From Minisyncoccia bacterium (GTDB lineage: Bacteria > Patescibacteriota > Minisyncoccia > SW-4-49-11): a stretch of DNA of 64,000 nt. Where the stretch lies: assembly GCA_044341565.1 (NCBI GenBank), contig JBIIRM010000004.1, positions 8,764 through 72,763 of the forward strand. Direction: 5' to 3'. The position numbers and the translations under genes are program-made. The stretch's first letter is position 1. Every line of letters begins with the position of its first letter. Below the pieces are notes generated by a model, which saw only the letters and a list, made by a program, of their open reading frames with translations, ran no database searches and was not told where the DNA came from. Shown in pieces: positions 1-10,031 of this stretch.

Positions 1-607
1 GAGAGTTATTGGGTCACTTTCAATATCGATAATAATCTTTACTCTTATTTTAAAGGCAAGTACATTATTAATTGATATCCCACAGAGTTTTTGGAATTAT
101 TTTTCAGGAATTGTCCTAATTATTCTCGGTATTGTTACGGTATTCCCAGATATTTGGGCTAAAATTCCATTAATAGAAAAGTTACATACAAGCTCTAATA
201 AAACTCTTGGTTCAGGGTATACTAAAAATAATGCTTGGGGAGATTTTATTGTAGGGTTTTCTCTAGGACCGGTATTTAGTACTTGTAGTCCAACATATTT
301 ATTTATTTTGGCGACGGTATTACCAGCCAGCTTGGGTGAGGGATTATTTTATTTGATTGGATTTACGGCTGGGCTAGCATTATCTCTCTTAGTAATTGCA
401 TATTTAGGGCAACAAATTACCAATAAAGTTTCTACTAATCAAAAAGCTACAGATAGAATAAAGAAAGTTTTTGGGATATTATTTATTATTGTAGGTGTTA
501 TGATTATGACTGGCTATGATAAAAAGTTTGAAACTTGGATTCTTGACTCTGGATATGGTGCTACCATTCAATTTGAAGAAAATTTGATTCAAAGAGTTAC
601 TAATTAA
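1..607 (+). CDS. CcdA/DsbD-family thiol:disulfide transporter-like polytopic membrane protein (5' end outside window)
   Basis: Open frame (phase 2) from window start to TAA at 605-607; several hydrophobic helices, Cys in a TM segment (FSTCSPTY); directly followed by msrB as in CcdA-Msr redox operons. Confidence 0.45.
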   Translation, partial: RVIGSLSISIIIFTLILKASTLLIDIPQSFWNYFSGIVLIILGIVTVFPDIWAKIPLIEKLHTSSNKTLGSGYTKNNAWGDFIVGFSLGPVFSTCSPTYLFILATVLPASLGEGLFYLIGFTAGLALSLLVIAYLGQQITNKVSTNQKATDRIKKVFGILFIIVGVMIMTGYDKKFETWILDSGYGATIQFEENLIQRVTN

Positions 608-619
608 TTCTATACATAT

Positions 620-1045
620 ATGACATCAGATGATTTGAAAGCAAAATTAACTCCAATACAATATACGGTCACTCAAGAGGATGGTACAGAAGCTCCATTT
701 GAGAATGAATATTATAATAATAAAAGAGATGGTATTTATGTAGATATTGTCTCTGGGGAACCTTTATTCTCTTCTCGAGATAAATATGATTCAGGTACAG
801 GTTGGCCATCTTATACCAAGCCAATTAAAGATAATGCGGTGATTACCAAAGAGGATAACAAATTATTCCAAACAAGAATTGAGGTGAGATCAAAAAATGC
901 TAATTCTCATCTTGGACATGTATTCGATGATGGTCCTCAAGATAAAGGGGGAAAGAGATATTGTCTCAATTCCGCCTCTCTACGATTTATTCCAAAAGAA
1001 GATATGGAGCGTGAAGGTTATGGAGAATATTTAGATCAAGTATAA
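620..1045 (+). CDS. msrB: peptide-methionine (R)-S-oxide reductase MsrB
   Basis: 141 aa; SelR motifs [24 protein letters not shown]. Confidence 0.85.
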   Translation: MTSDDLKAKLTPIQYTVTQEDGTEAPFENEYYNNKRDGIYVDIVSGEPLFSSRDKYDSGTGWPSYTKPIKDNAVITKEDNKLFQTRIEVRSKNANSHLGHVFDDGPQDKGGKRYCLNSASLRFIPKEDMEREGYGEYLDQV

Positions 1046-1046
1046 T

Positions 1047-1775
1047 TTATTGACCTTGAATAATTCCAATATTGAGTTTTTTTGCTAAATCATATAAATT
1101 TTGATTTATTTCTTGTGCTCTTTGAGAAGAGGCTAAATATTCTTGAGATACCATAACCCCTTTCCAAGGGCGATATTTGAATTGCGCTAAGCGAAGGGGA
1201 GTAGGATTCATAAGACTAATATATACCACAATATCTGCTTGTAATGATTGTATGAATGTGACAGCCTTTTGTATAGTCGGTATATCTATACCAATTTGTA
1301 AATAGACGCTAGATATGAGACCGGTTTTAATTTTATCTTGGAGCAATTGATTTTCTTGCTCTAATTCTTCACCCGAGAGGAATGGATTATAGGCAATAGC
1401 AATATGAGGATAATTATCCTGATAATGGTTTTGTATATATGATAATATATCAAGAGTGGTATATTTGGGTTTGGGGACTCCACTAATAAGTAAAGTTTCA
1501 GGTATATGTAAGGATTCTAATTGTTCTAAGAGAGATAAGAATTCCTGGGCTGTCTCATCAAGAGTTTTTGCTTGATGAAATTTGAGAGAATAATAGGGGA
1601 TAATGGTGAGCTTGGGGTTAATACTCTGAATTTGATTAATAGTATCTAATATAGATATACTCTTGGATTTATTGGGCAGAGATATAGTGGCAATGTCTAA
1701 ATCAATTAATTGAGATTGTAATCTTGGCTCCAATTCTTGATTTTTGAGAACTATTTCATGGATCAGATTCATCAT
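1047..1775 (-). CDS. hypothetical protein, weak resemblance to methylenetetrahydrofolate-reductase-like TIM barrel
   Basis: 242-aa ORF, stop adjacent to msrB stop; spacing of hydrophobic beta-strand motifs loosely MetF-like; no confident motif. Confidence 0.3.
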   Translation of the reverse strand: MMNLIHEIVLKNQELEPRLQSQLIDLDIATISLPNKSKSISILDTINQIQSINPKLTIIPYYSLKFHQAKTLDETAQEFLSLLEQLESLHIPETLLISGVPKPKYTTLDILSYIQNHYQDNYPHIAIAYNPFLSGEELEQENQLLQDKIKTGLISSVYLQIGIDIPTIQKAVTFIQSLQADIVVYISLMNPTPLRLAQFKYRPWKGVMVSQEYLASSQRAQEINQNLYDLAKKLNIGIIQGQ

Positions 1776-1776
1776 A

Positions 1777-2202
1777 TTAAGTCAATATAATGCGAGGTAT
1801 GTGCTCTTGTAACCAGGCAATAAAATTATCTGGGCAAGGCATTACAGAAAGGCGACTATGTTTGACCAAAAGGAAATCATCAAAAAGATGAGATTGTTTA
1901 ATGGTATCAAGGCTAATTTGCTCCTCAGGATTGAATTTGGTAATAAACTCTAATTTGGCAGCCCAACTAAAGCGACTATCGGCAAGATTTTGATAAGGTT
2001 CTTCTTTTACCTGACCAATTCCAACAATACGGCGTTCTTTAACTGAATGATAAATTAATACATAATCTCCCACTTGCCAAGTTTTAATTACATTAATAGC
2101 TTGATAATTATGTACCCCATCCCAAAGAGTAATATGCTCTTTTTCAAAATCAGTAATAGAAAAGGTTGAAGGTTCGGTTTTTGCGAGGAATATGTGAGGC
2201 AT
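1777..2202 (-). CDS. EVE (PUA-like) domain protein
   Basis: 141 aa; N-terminal ...AKTEPSTFSITDFEKE...WDGV.NYQA.N... pattern typical of EVE/YTH-like PUA fold. Confidence 0.5.
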   Translation of the reverse strand: MPHIFLAKTEPSTFSITDFEKEHITLWDGVHNYQAINVIKTWQVGDYVLIYHSVKERRIVGIGQVKEEPYQNLADSRFSWAAKLEFITKFNPEEQISLDTIKQSHLFDDFLLVKHSRLSVMPCPDNFIAWLQEHIPRIILT

Positions 2203-2253
2203 ACAGGTAAATCTATTTTATTCAGTATAGCATAATATGATATACTAATATAT

Positions 2254-2679
2254 ATGAAATTAGAATTCAAACAACTTCATCCTGATGCAAAATTGCCAAG
2301 CTATGGGCATAACACAGATGCAGGTATGGATTTGTATACGCTTGAGGAAATAATATTTCAACCAGGAGAGCAAAAAATTATTCCGACGGGTCTTGCTATG
2401 AATTTACCGGTAGGATATGCGGCTTTGGTTTGGGATAAAGGAAGTATTGGTTTTAATAAGGGGCTAAAAAGTCTAGGTGGAGTTTTTGATGCTGGGTATA
2501 TAGGGGAAATAAAAATATCCCTCATTAATTTATCTCAAGAAGTACAAATAATAGAAAAAGGAGCAAAATGTGCTCAATTGTTAGTACAAAGAGTGGAATA
2601 TTGTGATATTGAATTCACGGATACCTTAATTGATTCTTCTCGAGGAGAGGGTGGTTTTGGAAGTACTGGTAAATTTTGA
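2254..2679 (+). CDS. dut: dUTP diphosphatase
   Basis: 141 aa; dUTPase motifs (AGMDL, PTGLAM, GG.FDAGY.GEI, SSRGEGGFGSTG). Confidence 0.8.
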   Translation: MKLEFKQLHPDAKLPSYGHNTDAGMDLYTLEEIIFQPGEQKIIPTGLAMNLPVGYAALVWDKGSIGFNKGLKSLGGVFDAGYIGEIKISLINLSQEVQIIEKGAKCAQLLVQRVEYCDIEFTDTLIDSSRGEGGFGSTGKF

Positions 2680-2743
2680 TATAATTTGACAAATATAAAT
2701 TATTCTATGTATACTAAATATATACATCTCTGTGGAGATTTGT

Positions 2744-2863
2744 ATGGACAAAACAAAGAACACTCAGTCTAGTGATTATCAAGTAGCTTGGGTTCTCATT
2801 GGATTCCTATTTGGAATATCGCTATTGATCTTTCTCAGACTATTACAAAAAGGGATTTGGTGA
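2744..2863 (+). CDS. small hydrophobic peptide (39 aa), hypothetical
   Basis: ATG..TGA ORF not in the track (<60 aa); one predicted TM helix (VAWVLIGFLFGISLLIFL); no other support. Confidence 0.2.
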   Translation: MDKTKNTQSSDYQVAWVLIGFLFGISLLIFLRLLQKGIW

Positions 2864-2929
2864 TATATTGATCCCAGCATTATATTGAGGAGCTCCCCAG
2901 AGCCCCTCTTTTTTTGTGGATAACTATTA

Positions 2930-2958
2930 TTGACATAATATATAGAATATATTATAAG
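2930..2958 (+). promoter_or_regulatory. sigma70-like promoter (TTGACA, 17 nt, TATAAG)
   Basis: Consensus -35 at 2930-2935, 17-nt spacer, -10 TATAAG at 2953-2958, about 45 nt upstream of the small GC-rich ORF. Confidence 0.4.
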
Positions 2959-3001
2959 TCTTTGATATACTATATAAGTACATTTTATCTTGGAGGGCCA
3001 T

Positions 3002-3283
3002 GTGACAGCAACGGGTGTAGTTATAAATAGAAAAATAGGTAACAGTGTTGCCTGGGGCAAGTTCTTTGCTCCTGTTGTAAACTTCGTAAAAACAGCACTC
3101 GAAATCATAGCTGCTCTTTTTGGGGCCTATGCTATGGTTATACGTAATTTAATTCTCTTGCTTCGGAAAGATGCTCGTCTCTTTCTGTGGATGGGAGGAT
3201 TCTATTTCGCCTACCTGCTGCTATACAAGTTTGCAGGCCCCTACCTTGTGGCTGCTAGTCTCAGGAGTAGGTATTCCATTTGA
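3002..3283 (+). CDS. small two-TM membrane protein in a locally GC-elevated island
   Basis: GTG start 4 nt after GGAGGG (alternative TTG at 2990); 93 aa with two hydrophobic helices; local GC about 45% against 33% flanks; own promoter and terminator. Confidence 0.35.
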   Translation: MTATGVVINRKIGNSVAWGKFFAPVVNFVKTALEIIAALFGAYAMVIRNLILLLRKDARLFLWMGGFYFAYLLLYKFAGPYLVAASLRSRYSI

Positions 3284-3328
3284 GGAATCTCTTCAATGCC
3301 ATCGAATACACAAACAAGTCAATCATTT

Positions 3329-3367
3329 GGAGGTCTCTTGAATTTCAAGTAGGCCTCTTTATTTTTG
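3329..3367. terminator. bidirectional rho-independent terminator
   Basis: Hairpin GAGGtctCTTGAAtTTCAAGtagGCCTC followed by TTTATTTTT; lies between convergent small ORF (+) and phr (-). Confidence 0.45.
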
Positions 3368-4837
3368 CTGAGAGTATAAATATTTAGCTTGCTTATAGCG
3401 TAATATTGCTAATTGTCTAGCCTTACTATGTTCAATAATTGGTATGAGTGGGGGAATATAATTTTCTCCAAGCCATTTTGACTGATATCTTCCCTTAGGA
3501 TCATAATTCTCAGCTTGAAGATAAGGATTAAAAATTCGTATTGGTTTGGGATCAGCTCCAACTGAAGCTCCCCATTGCCAACCTCCATTATTAGAAGCCT
3601 CATCTAAGTCTATGAGAGTTGCTCGGAAATATTCTTGTCCCCATCGCCAATCAATTCCAAGATGTTTGGTTAATATACTCGCTACAATCATACGAGATCG
3701 ATTATGCATCCATCCAGTTTGAGTTAATTGCCTCATAGCAGCATCTACAATGGAGTAACCGGTTTCTCCTTTAATCCAAGAAAGGAATCTTTGCTGAGCT
3801 TTTTCTCCTGATATCCAATCAATAGTATTACGAAATTGTGACTGAAATTCTGTATTAAGTAATTCGGGTTGATGATAGAGTAAATAGGCATAAAATTCTC
3901 TCCAAATAAGCTCGGAGATATATATAGTAGCTCCTGGAAATTGATTATCTATTAGGGCAGATTCTAGGCTATTATTAATATGTTTTTGTATCATTTGTCT
4001 GAGTATTCTACCGGAGACAAATCCCCAGGCAAGAGCTAAACTCATTTTGGAGGTTTTGCCATTATCAATGGTGTCAAGTTCCAGAGAATCACGATTGAGA
4101 TGATAATTATCTAGATACCCTGACTCAAGAAAAATTTGGAATGACTTTAAAGCCTCAGCTTCAGAATAATACCAAAGGGATAAATCAGGGGTCGGTATAT
4201 ATTGAGTCAAATCATATACTGTATCACCAATTAATATATCTCTATTGGATGAGAATTCTTGCTGTATAGCATTGGTATTAGATTCTATATAATTCCAGCC
4301 AGGTATACTATCTTGATATGATACAGATTGAAGGTCAGGTTTGGGATAGGCTTCAGTATTCAAGAATTCTTGCCAAATAGATTTTTTAAAAGGGGTGAAT
4401 ACAGAATACAAATTCCCATTTTGACTACGAGTATTACTATCAATACTTAGTCTATCTGAATAGAGGTGTATAGTAATTCCAGCATCTTTAATCTTTTGTA
4501 ATTGCTTAGTAAAATCAGGATATATATCATGATTGACATATACTTGAATATCATAGGATTTGCTAAGCTCAATAATGGACTGCGCACCTTTACCCTTAAT
4601 TAAATGAAATTGAGGGAATCGTTGTATGAATTGGGGTAAAGCCTGACTTAATATATGTCTTTGTGCATAGCCAAATTGAGCTTGGGTTTTAGCTTCCAGC
4701 ATATAGTTTTCCAATATAAAAATAGGAGCAAAAAGAATATTATGTTCTTTTGCAGTATTAATAGCGTGATATAATGCAGAATTATCAGTAAGCCGCAAAT
4801 CACGCCGAGCCCAATATACAATAAGAGATATTTTCAT
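3359..4837 (-). CDS. phr: deoxyribodipyrimidine photolyase (cryptochrome/photolyase family)
   Basis: 492 aa; N-terminal photolyase domain and C-terminal FAD-binding signatures (WREFY, DLDEASNNGGWQW). Confidence 0.85.
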   Translation of the reverse strand: MKISLIVYWARRDLRLTDNSALYHAINTAKEHNILFAPIFILENYMLEAKTQAQFGYAQRHILSQALPQFIQRFPQFHLIKGKGAQSIIELSKSYDIQVYVNHDIYPDFTKQLQKIKDAGITIHLYSDRLSIDSNTRSQNGNLYSVFTPFKKSIWQEFLNTEAYPKPDLQSVSYQDSIPGWNYIESNTNAIQQEFSSNRDILIGDTVYDLTQYIPTPDLSLWYYSEAEALKSFQIFLESGYLDNYHLNRDSLELDTIDNGKTSKMSLALAWGFVSGRILRQMIQKHINNSLESALIDNQFPGATIYISELIWREFYAYLLYHQPELLNTEFQSQFRNTIDWISGEKAQQRFLSWIKGETGYSIVDAAMRQLTQTGWMHNRSRMIVASILTKHLGIDWRWGQEYFRATLIDLDEASNNGGWQWGASVGADPKPIRIFNPYLQAENYDPKGRYQSKWLGENYIPPLIPIIEHSKARQLAILRYKQAKYLYSQQK

Positions 4838-4914
4838 ATAGATTAGTATATCATATATTGCCTAATAATCAGTATTATGGTATTCTAATGCTAAGGTTAA
4901 ATATAGTATTCACT

Positions 4915-6645
4915 ATGAAAATTATTCAGCAGTTTTTTGAATATTTTGAGGCCAAAGGACATATAAGGGTACAATCATCATCATTATTACCGGAAGGGGA
5001 TAATTCAGTTTTATTTACTACAGCTGGTATGCAACAATTTAAACCCTATTATCTTGGGAGATTATCTCCTTATGGAAATAGGGTGATTAGTGTACAAAAA
5101 TGTTTGAGAGTAGATGATATTGATGAGGTGGGGGATGATACGCATAATACCTTTTTTGAAATGTTAGGGAATTTTTCTTTTCATTATCCGAATGGGGAGG
5201 GGAGTTATTTTAAGCAAGAGGCTATCAAATTAGGATATGAGTTTATTGCCGAGGAATTAGGGATGGCAATTGACTATGTAACGATTTTTACAGGGGACGA
5301 GAAAAGCTCAAAAGATACCGAGGCTCTTGCTATATGGAAACAATTAGCTGAGGATAAGGGAATAACATTAGAGATTAAGGAACTTGGAAGAGGGGATAAT
5401 TTTTGGGGACCTACGGGTGCTGAGGGACCTTGTGGTCCTACTACGGAGATTTTTGTAAATGGTGTAGAGGTATGGAATATTGTATTTAATCAATATTATG
5501 CAGGAATAGATGGAAGCCTAAAAGAATTAGAACAGCAAGGTGTAGATACCGGTGGTGGCTTGGAGCGTATAATTACTCAAAGTGAAGGGGTTAAATCAGT
5601 ATATGAGACCCAAGTATTTGCTCTAATTCTGGAGAATATTCGGAATCAATTTCCTCATCAATCAGAAGAAATATATCGTATATTATTTGATCATATTCGA
5701 GCCAGTATTTTCCTTTTAGCTGAAGGAGTGGTGCCATCCAATAAAGAACAAGGATATATATTGAGACGATTATTACGCAAAGTATTAAGTCTTATTTCAT
5801 CTTATGATAAACCTCTAGAATTAGTATTTAATACTATTGAGGATATTATTGTAGTTTATCAAGAAAGATATCCTGAGCTTATTATTGCAAAGGATAGTAT
5901 TATTCATAGTATTCAAGGGGAATATGCATTATTTAGTGAATCAGTATCAAGAGGTATGCGATATGCCGATAAAATATTAAAGAAAAAACGTATTCCTCAT
6001 ATGTCAGGAGAAGAGGCTTTTCTATTAGCTTCGACATATGGTTTATCTCCAGAAGTATTAAAATTACAAGGCTTGTCTTTTGATGAGCAAGATTTTGAGA
6101 ATTATAAAGCAGAACATCAGAATATTTCTCGAGCTGGAGCTACCAAAAAATTTGGTGGGCATGGATTAATTCTCGATAATGGGGAGATTAAAGCCGCCAA
6201 TGACGAAGAATTAGCTATTGTAACCCGTCTGCATAGTGCTACCCATCTTTTGAATAAGGCTTTGCGAGATATATTGGGGGAGGGAGTAGAACAGCGAGGT
6301 TCAGATATTACGGCTGAGCGTACACGATTTGATTTTAGTTTTGAGAGAAAATTAACTCCTGAGGAAATACAGGCTGTAGAAAATAAAGTGAATGAATATA
6401 TTCAAACTGGAGTGGATGTCAGTATTACTCCTATGTCTCTTGATGAGGCAAAAAAGTCTGGAGCTTTATACTTAAGTAATCGTAATTATCCAGAACAGGT
6501 AGATGTATATAGTTTTGGGGATATTTCAAAAGAATTATGTGGGGGCCCACATATTCATAATACTCGAGAAATAGGTCAATTTAAAATTAAAAAAGAAGAG
6601 GCTGTTGCTCGAGGCATACGCCGTATTCGTGGTATAATAGAATAA
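4915..6645 (+). CDS. alaS: alanine--tRNA ligase, short form lacking C-Ala domain
   Basis: Class II catalytic core (FTTAGMQQF, FEMLGNFSF, WGPTG, GGGLERI) plus editing-domain motifs (HSATHLL, CGGPHIHNT); ends after editing domain; start ATG 4915 chosen (ORF opens at 4858). Confidence 0.85.
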   Translation: MKIIQQFFEYFEAKGHIRVQSSSLLPEGDNSVLFTTAGMQQFKPYYLGRLSPYGNRVISVQKCLRVDDIDEVGDDTHNTFFEMLGNFSFHYPNGEGSYFKQEAIKLGYEFIAEELGMAIDYVTIFTGDEKSSKDTEALAIWKQLAEDKGITLEIKELGRGDNFWGPTGAEGPCGPTTEIFVNGVEVWNIVFNQYYAGIDGSLKELEQQGVDTGGGLERIITQSEGVKSVYETQVFALILENIRNQFPHQSEEIYRILFDHIRASIFLLAEGVVPSNKEQGYILRRLLRKVLSLISSYDKPLELVFNTIEDIIVVYQERYPELIIAKDSIIHSIQGEYALFSESVSRGMRYADKILKKKRIPHMSGEEAFLLASTYGLSPEVLKLQGLSFDEQDFENYKAEHQNISRAGATKKFGGHGLILDNGEIKAANDEELAIVTRLHSATHLLNKALRDILGEGVEQRGSDITAERTRFDFSFERKLTPEEIQAVENKVNEYIQTGVDVSITPMSLDEAKKSGALYLSNRNYPEQVDVYSFGDISKELCGGPHIHNTREIGQFKIKKEEAVARGIRRIRGIIE

Positions 6646-6646
6646 T

Positions 6647-7255
6647 ATGAAAACAAAACGAGATATATTACTTCGCAAATCTCTCCATCTAGGACTTATA
6701 CTTCCTTTTGCTGTGTATTGGTATATATCTGCTCAGACTTTTATCGATGCAGAGTTATATGCTAAAGGATTTTTAGCTGTCTTTGTAATAGGATTCTTGA
6801 TATATGAATATTTGCGACTAGATACTCGATTTTGGGTTCCATTTGCGAGTTTAGTAAAGCCAAAAGAGCAAAATACCAATGTAGATGGGCTGAATTTGGT
6901 TTTAGCCGCTATTGTGGCGACAGCCCTTTTTGATCCGAGAGTTTCTCTCACCGCAATATTAATTGCCATTATTGGGGATACATTTTCTACAATTGGAGGA
7001 ATTTATGGTACAATGAGAGTATTCCCAGAGACAGAAAATAAAACCACTTGGGAAGGTATATTATTAGCTCTTATTGCAAATTTTGCAATAGCAAGTAGTA
7101 TTTGGGGATTTAGTATTATTTCACTTATATTAGCTTTAACTGGGGTAATTATTGAAACCTTTGCCTCTAAGCTCGATGATAATTTGGCAATTCCCTTGGG
7201 AGTGGGATTCGTAGGACAAGTGATTTGGCTTATAGTACAATATTATCCAAAATAA
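6647..7255 (+). CDS. polytopic membrane protein, hypothetical
   Basis: 202 aa, at least 5 hydrophobic helices; operon position between alaS and actin-like ATPase gene. Confidence 0.4.
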   Translation: MKTKRDILLRKSLHLGLILPFAVYWYISAQTFIDAELYAKGFLAVFVIGFLIYEYLRLDTRFWVPFASLVKPKEQNTNVDGLNLVLAAIVATALFDPRVSLTAILIAIIGDTFSTIGGIYGTMRVFPETENKTTWEGILLALIANFAIASSIWGFSIISLILALTGVIIETFASKLDDNLAIPLGVGFVGQVIWLIVQYYPK

Positions 7256-7266
7256 ATAATAATACC

Positions 7267-8469
7267 ATGTTTGGTAAAAAAACAGCATCTGAACCTCTTA
7301 TCATAGATATCTCTGAGAATAGAGTGACGGTAATTGATTATACTGTTGATGACAAGACAGGAAATACTTTGATTCATGGTATTGGCCAAACTCAATTACC
7401 TTTTGGAGTAGTGAATACCAATATTATTGAACAAGAAACAGTATTAATACAAGCAATAGAAAATGCTCGACTTGAAGCTGAGACAAGTAATGATGAGATA
7501 AAAACAGGAACAATATTGGGGGTTTCAGGACCATTGGTAGAAATTAAAGACCGTATTGCTGAGATAAATCGTGATAAACCTAACAAAAGTATTAAGTCAA
7601 AAGAATGGATTAATACCATTGATGATATATATGTTCAATTTGATGCAGAGTCTTATGCCACTTCTCAGGGACATAAGCTTCCTTTATCTTTGGTACAGAT
7701 TTCATTAAATGATATTAGGCTAGACGGTGTTGAGACTTTATCCCCAATTGATGAAAAGGCTCAAACGATAACTTTAGAGACACTGAACACCTATATTCCA
7801 ACTTCCTATAAACAATCATTAGTCAATATAGAAAAAAGTATTGGATTAACTATTGAAGGAGTATATCAGCATGGATATGCCGTAGGGCAGCTTATATTAG
7901 ATTATAATAGAAGTAGAGATATAGCGGTTATATTAGTAGATATTCGATTTGGACATACTACTATTAGTATTGTTCAGAATCAAAAAATCAAATATATACA
8001 GTCATTTAGTATGGGGAGTCATAGTTTTACTCAAGCTATTGCCAATACCTTCCAAATCACTATTGATGAGGCAGAAACTGTTCGTCAGGAATATAGCCGA
8101 TTACAATTACCAAGAGATATGTCTCGTCGTATTACGGATGCTCTTGAACCAGAAATATCTCTTTGGTTGCAGGGAATTATTTTAAGCCTACAGGAAGCTC
8201 AACTAGAAAATCTCCCACCATATGTATTATTATATGGCGAGGGAGCTCAATTATTAGGTATAAAAGAGGCTCTTGAATATAGTAATTGGTATAAATCACT
8301 TAATAGTACTGTTAAGCCAGGAGTGTCAATTCTTACACCAAAGCAATTCCCTCATATTATTGATATGACAAGTAAAATAGAAAATGCCCGCTATATTGAT
8401 ATTCTTGGCCTTATACATGCCGCCAATATTCCTACAGATATTCATCTCCCATATCGTTTAAGTGAATAA
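7267..8469 (+). CDS. actin-like ATPase of the FtsA/PilM family
   Basis: about 400 aa; phosphate-2-like segment ILVDIRFGHTTISIV and GSHSFTQAIANTFQITIDEAE resemble FtsA/PilM; start taken at ATG 7267 (track ORF 7225 overlaps upstream gene). Confidence 0.5.
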   Translation: MFGKKTASEPLIIDISENRVTVIDYTVDDKTGNTLIHGIGQTQLPFGVVNTNIIEQETVLIQAIENARLEAETSNDEIKTGTILGVSGPLVEIKDRIAEINRDKPNKSIKSKEWINTIDDIYVQFDAESYATSQGHKLPLSLVQISLNDIRLDGVETLSPIDEKAQTITLETLNTYIPTSYKQSLVNIEKSIGLTIEGVYQHGYAVGQLILDYNRSRDIAVILVDIRFGHTTISIVQNQKIKYIQSFSMGSHSFTQAIANTFQITIDEAETVRQEYSRLQLPRDMSRRITDALEPEISLWLQGIILSLQEAQLENLPPYVLLYGEGAQLLGIKEALEYSNWYKSLNSTVKPGVSILTPKQFPHIIDMTSKIENARYIDILGLIHAANIPTDIHLPYRLSE

Positions 8470-8475
8470 ATCACT

Positions 8476-10029
8476 ATGAAAAACACAGCTTCAAAACCAC
8501 TTATATTAAATCCAAAAGACGGTATTTCAGATATTGTATATCAAATTAAAAGTGATGCAGTAAAAGGCGGAAAAGTTTTGATTTATATACCAGATAATAT
8601 GGATATATTATATAATCCTGTAAATAGGGGGTTATTTGTACATACCATTAAGCAATTAATTGCTCAATATGATATAGAATTATTTAGTGCAGATAATGAA
8701 TTAGTATCTCTATTAACTACAAGCAATATACCTATTACTACTTCTGATACTATTCCTAATACTACATCACAAAGGACAGGTATAGAAAATGACCCCTATA
8801 CTGATTTTTTTGGATATCAATTGAATCAAAAAAACCAAAACTCTATACCTGAATCAAGTACTGAAGCAGTATTTCATCCGGAACCTGCCAATCCACAACC
8901 ATTACCAAAGAAAAAATCAGATGGACCTTCCTGGAAATTTTTATTGGCAGGAATGATTGTCGTGACAATAATTCTTGTGGCCGTAGCAGCTATACTTATT
9001 CCAAGAGCAGATATTACTATTACTACAAAACTGGAATCATTATCTAAAGATTTTGATATTACTTTTGATCCTGGTATTACTGATATGAGTATTGAGAATA
9101 AAGCTATACCATCCATTACAGATACTATTAGTGCTTCTGTAGAAGGAACATATGAAGGAACTGGGTCACAAGCTGGAGGTACAAAAGCAAATGGGACTAT
9201 TACCATTAAAAATGAAACTTCTGCCTCACAATCATTGGTTGCAAATACTCGATTTCTTTCAGCAAAAGGAAAACAATTCCGGCTTGTAGATGCCGTTACA
9301 GTTCCTGCAAAAGGTTCTGTATCAGGGAAAATTATAGCTGATAATCCAGGAGAAGAATATAATATACCAGCAGGAAAATTAACTATTCCAGGATTTGATG
9401 ATAATCCAACTAAATTAGCAGCCATTTATGGGGAATTAGGCGTGGCCATTAATAATGGAGCTAGTGAAGATGGAATTATTGTTACAGAACAAGATATAGA
9501 AAAGGCCAGATTAGATTTACAAAAAAAGCTTACGGAAGTAGTTAATAAACAAGTTAGTGAAAGACAAGATACTAGGGCCTTGGTGATACAGACTAAACTC
9601 AATGATATACAATATACGGGATTACCAAATGTTGGAGATAGAGTAAGAAGCTTTACGGTAAAAGCCTCGGGTAATCTGCAGGGAGTATTCTATAAAGAAG
9701 AAGATTTAGACAAATTAATAAAATCTTTATTGGCCTCACAAGTTATTGATTCAAGAGAATTGGGATCTGATATTAAAATTAACTTTGACCCTCCACAGGA
9801 ATTTCCAAATAAACAAGCAGCAAAAGCAAGAGTATATGTAGACTATTCTCTACAACCAAAATTTGATGAGGGGGATATATCTCGCAATATAAGGTTTAAA
9901 ACCATATCTCAAGCACAGGATTATCTCAAGGGTCTCGATAATGTAGATTCAGCTGATCTTAAATTAATTCCAGGATTTAGTCCTGTATTGCCAGCCCTCA
10001 CATCACGTATCCGTATTATTATCAAATAA
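8476..10029 (+). CDS. bitopic membrane protein, hypothetical (cytoplasmic N-domain, one TM, large extracytoplasmic domain)
   Basis: 517 aa; single TM LLAGMIVVTIILVAVAAILI near residue 155; translationally coupled to upstream actin-like ATPase gene. Confidence 0.4.
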   Translation: MKNTASKPLILNPKDGISDIVYQIKSDAVKGGKVLIYIPDNMDILYNPVNRGLFVHTIKQLIAQYDIELFSADNELVSLLTTSNIPITTSDTIPNTTSQRTGIENDPYTDFFGYQLNQKNQNSIPESSTEAVFHPEPANPQPLPKKKSDGPSWKFLLAGMIVVTIILVAVAAILIPRADITITTKLESLSKDFDITFDPGITDMSIENKAIPSITDTISASVEGTYEGTGSQAGGTKANGTITIKNETSASQSLVANTRFLSAKGKQFRLVDAVTVPAKGSVSGKIIADNPGEEYNIPAGKLTIPGFDDNPTKLAAIYGELGVAINNGASEDGIIVTEQDIEKARLDLQKKLTEVVNKQVSERQDTRALVIQTKLNDIQYTGLPNVGDRVRSFTVKASGNLQGVFYKEEDLDKLIKSLLASQVIDSRELGSDIKINFDPPQEFPNKQAAKARVYVDYSLQPKFDEGDISRNIRFKTISQAQDYLKGLDNVDSADLKLIPGFSPVLPALTSRIRIIIK

Positions 10030-10031
10030 AT

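Noticed and set aside
8874-9425. Antisense or embedded ORFs inside long well-supported genes (for example 8874-9425, 13842-14099, 14796-15119, 24548-24989, 36078-36693, 40948-41283, 42940-43182, 43625-43900, 59618-60614, 62935-63153)
   Set aside because: Each overlaps a conserved housekeeping or family-assigned gene on the other strand and has no motif or signal of its own
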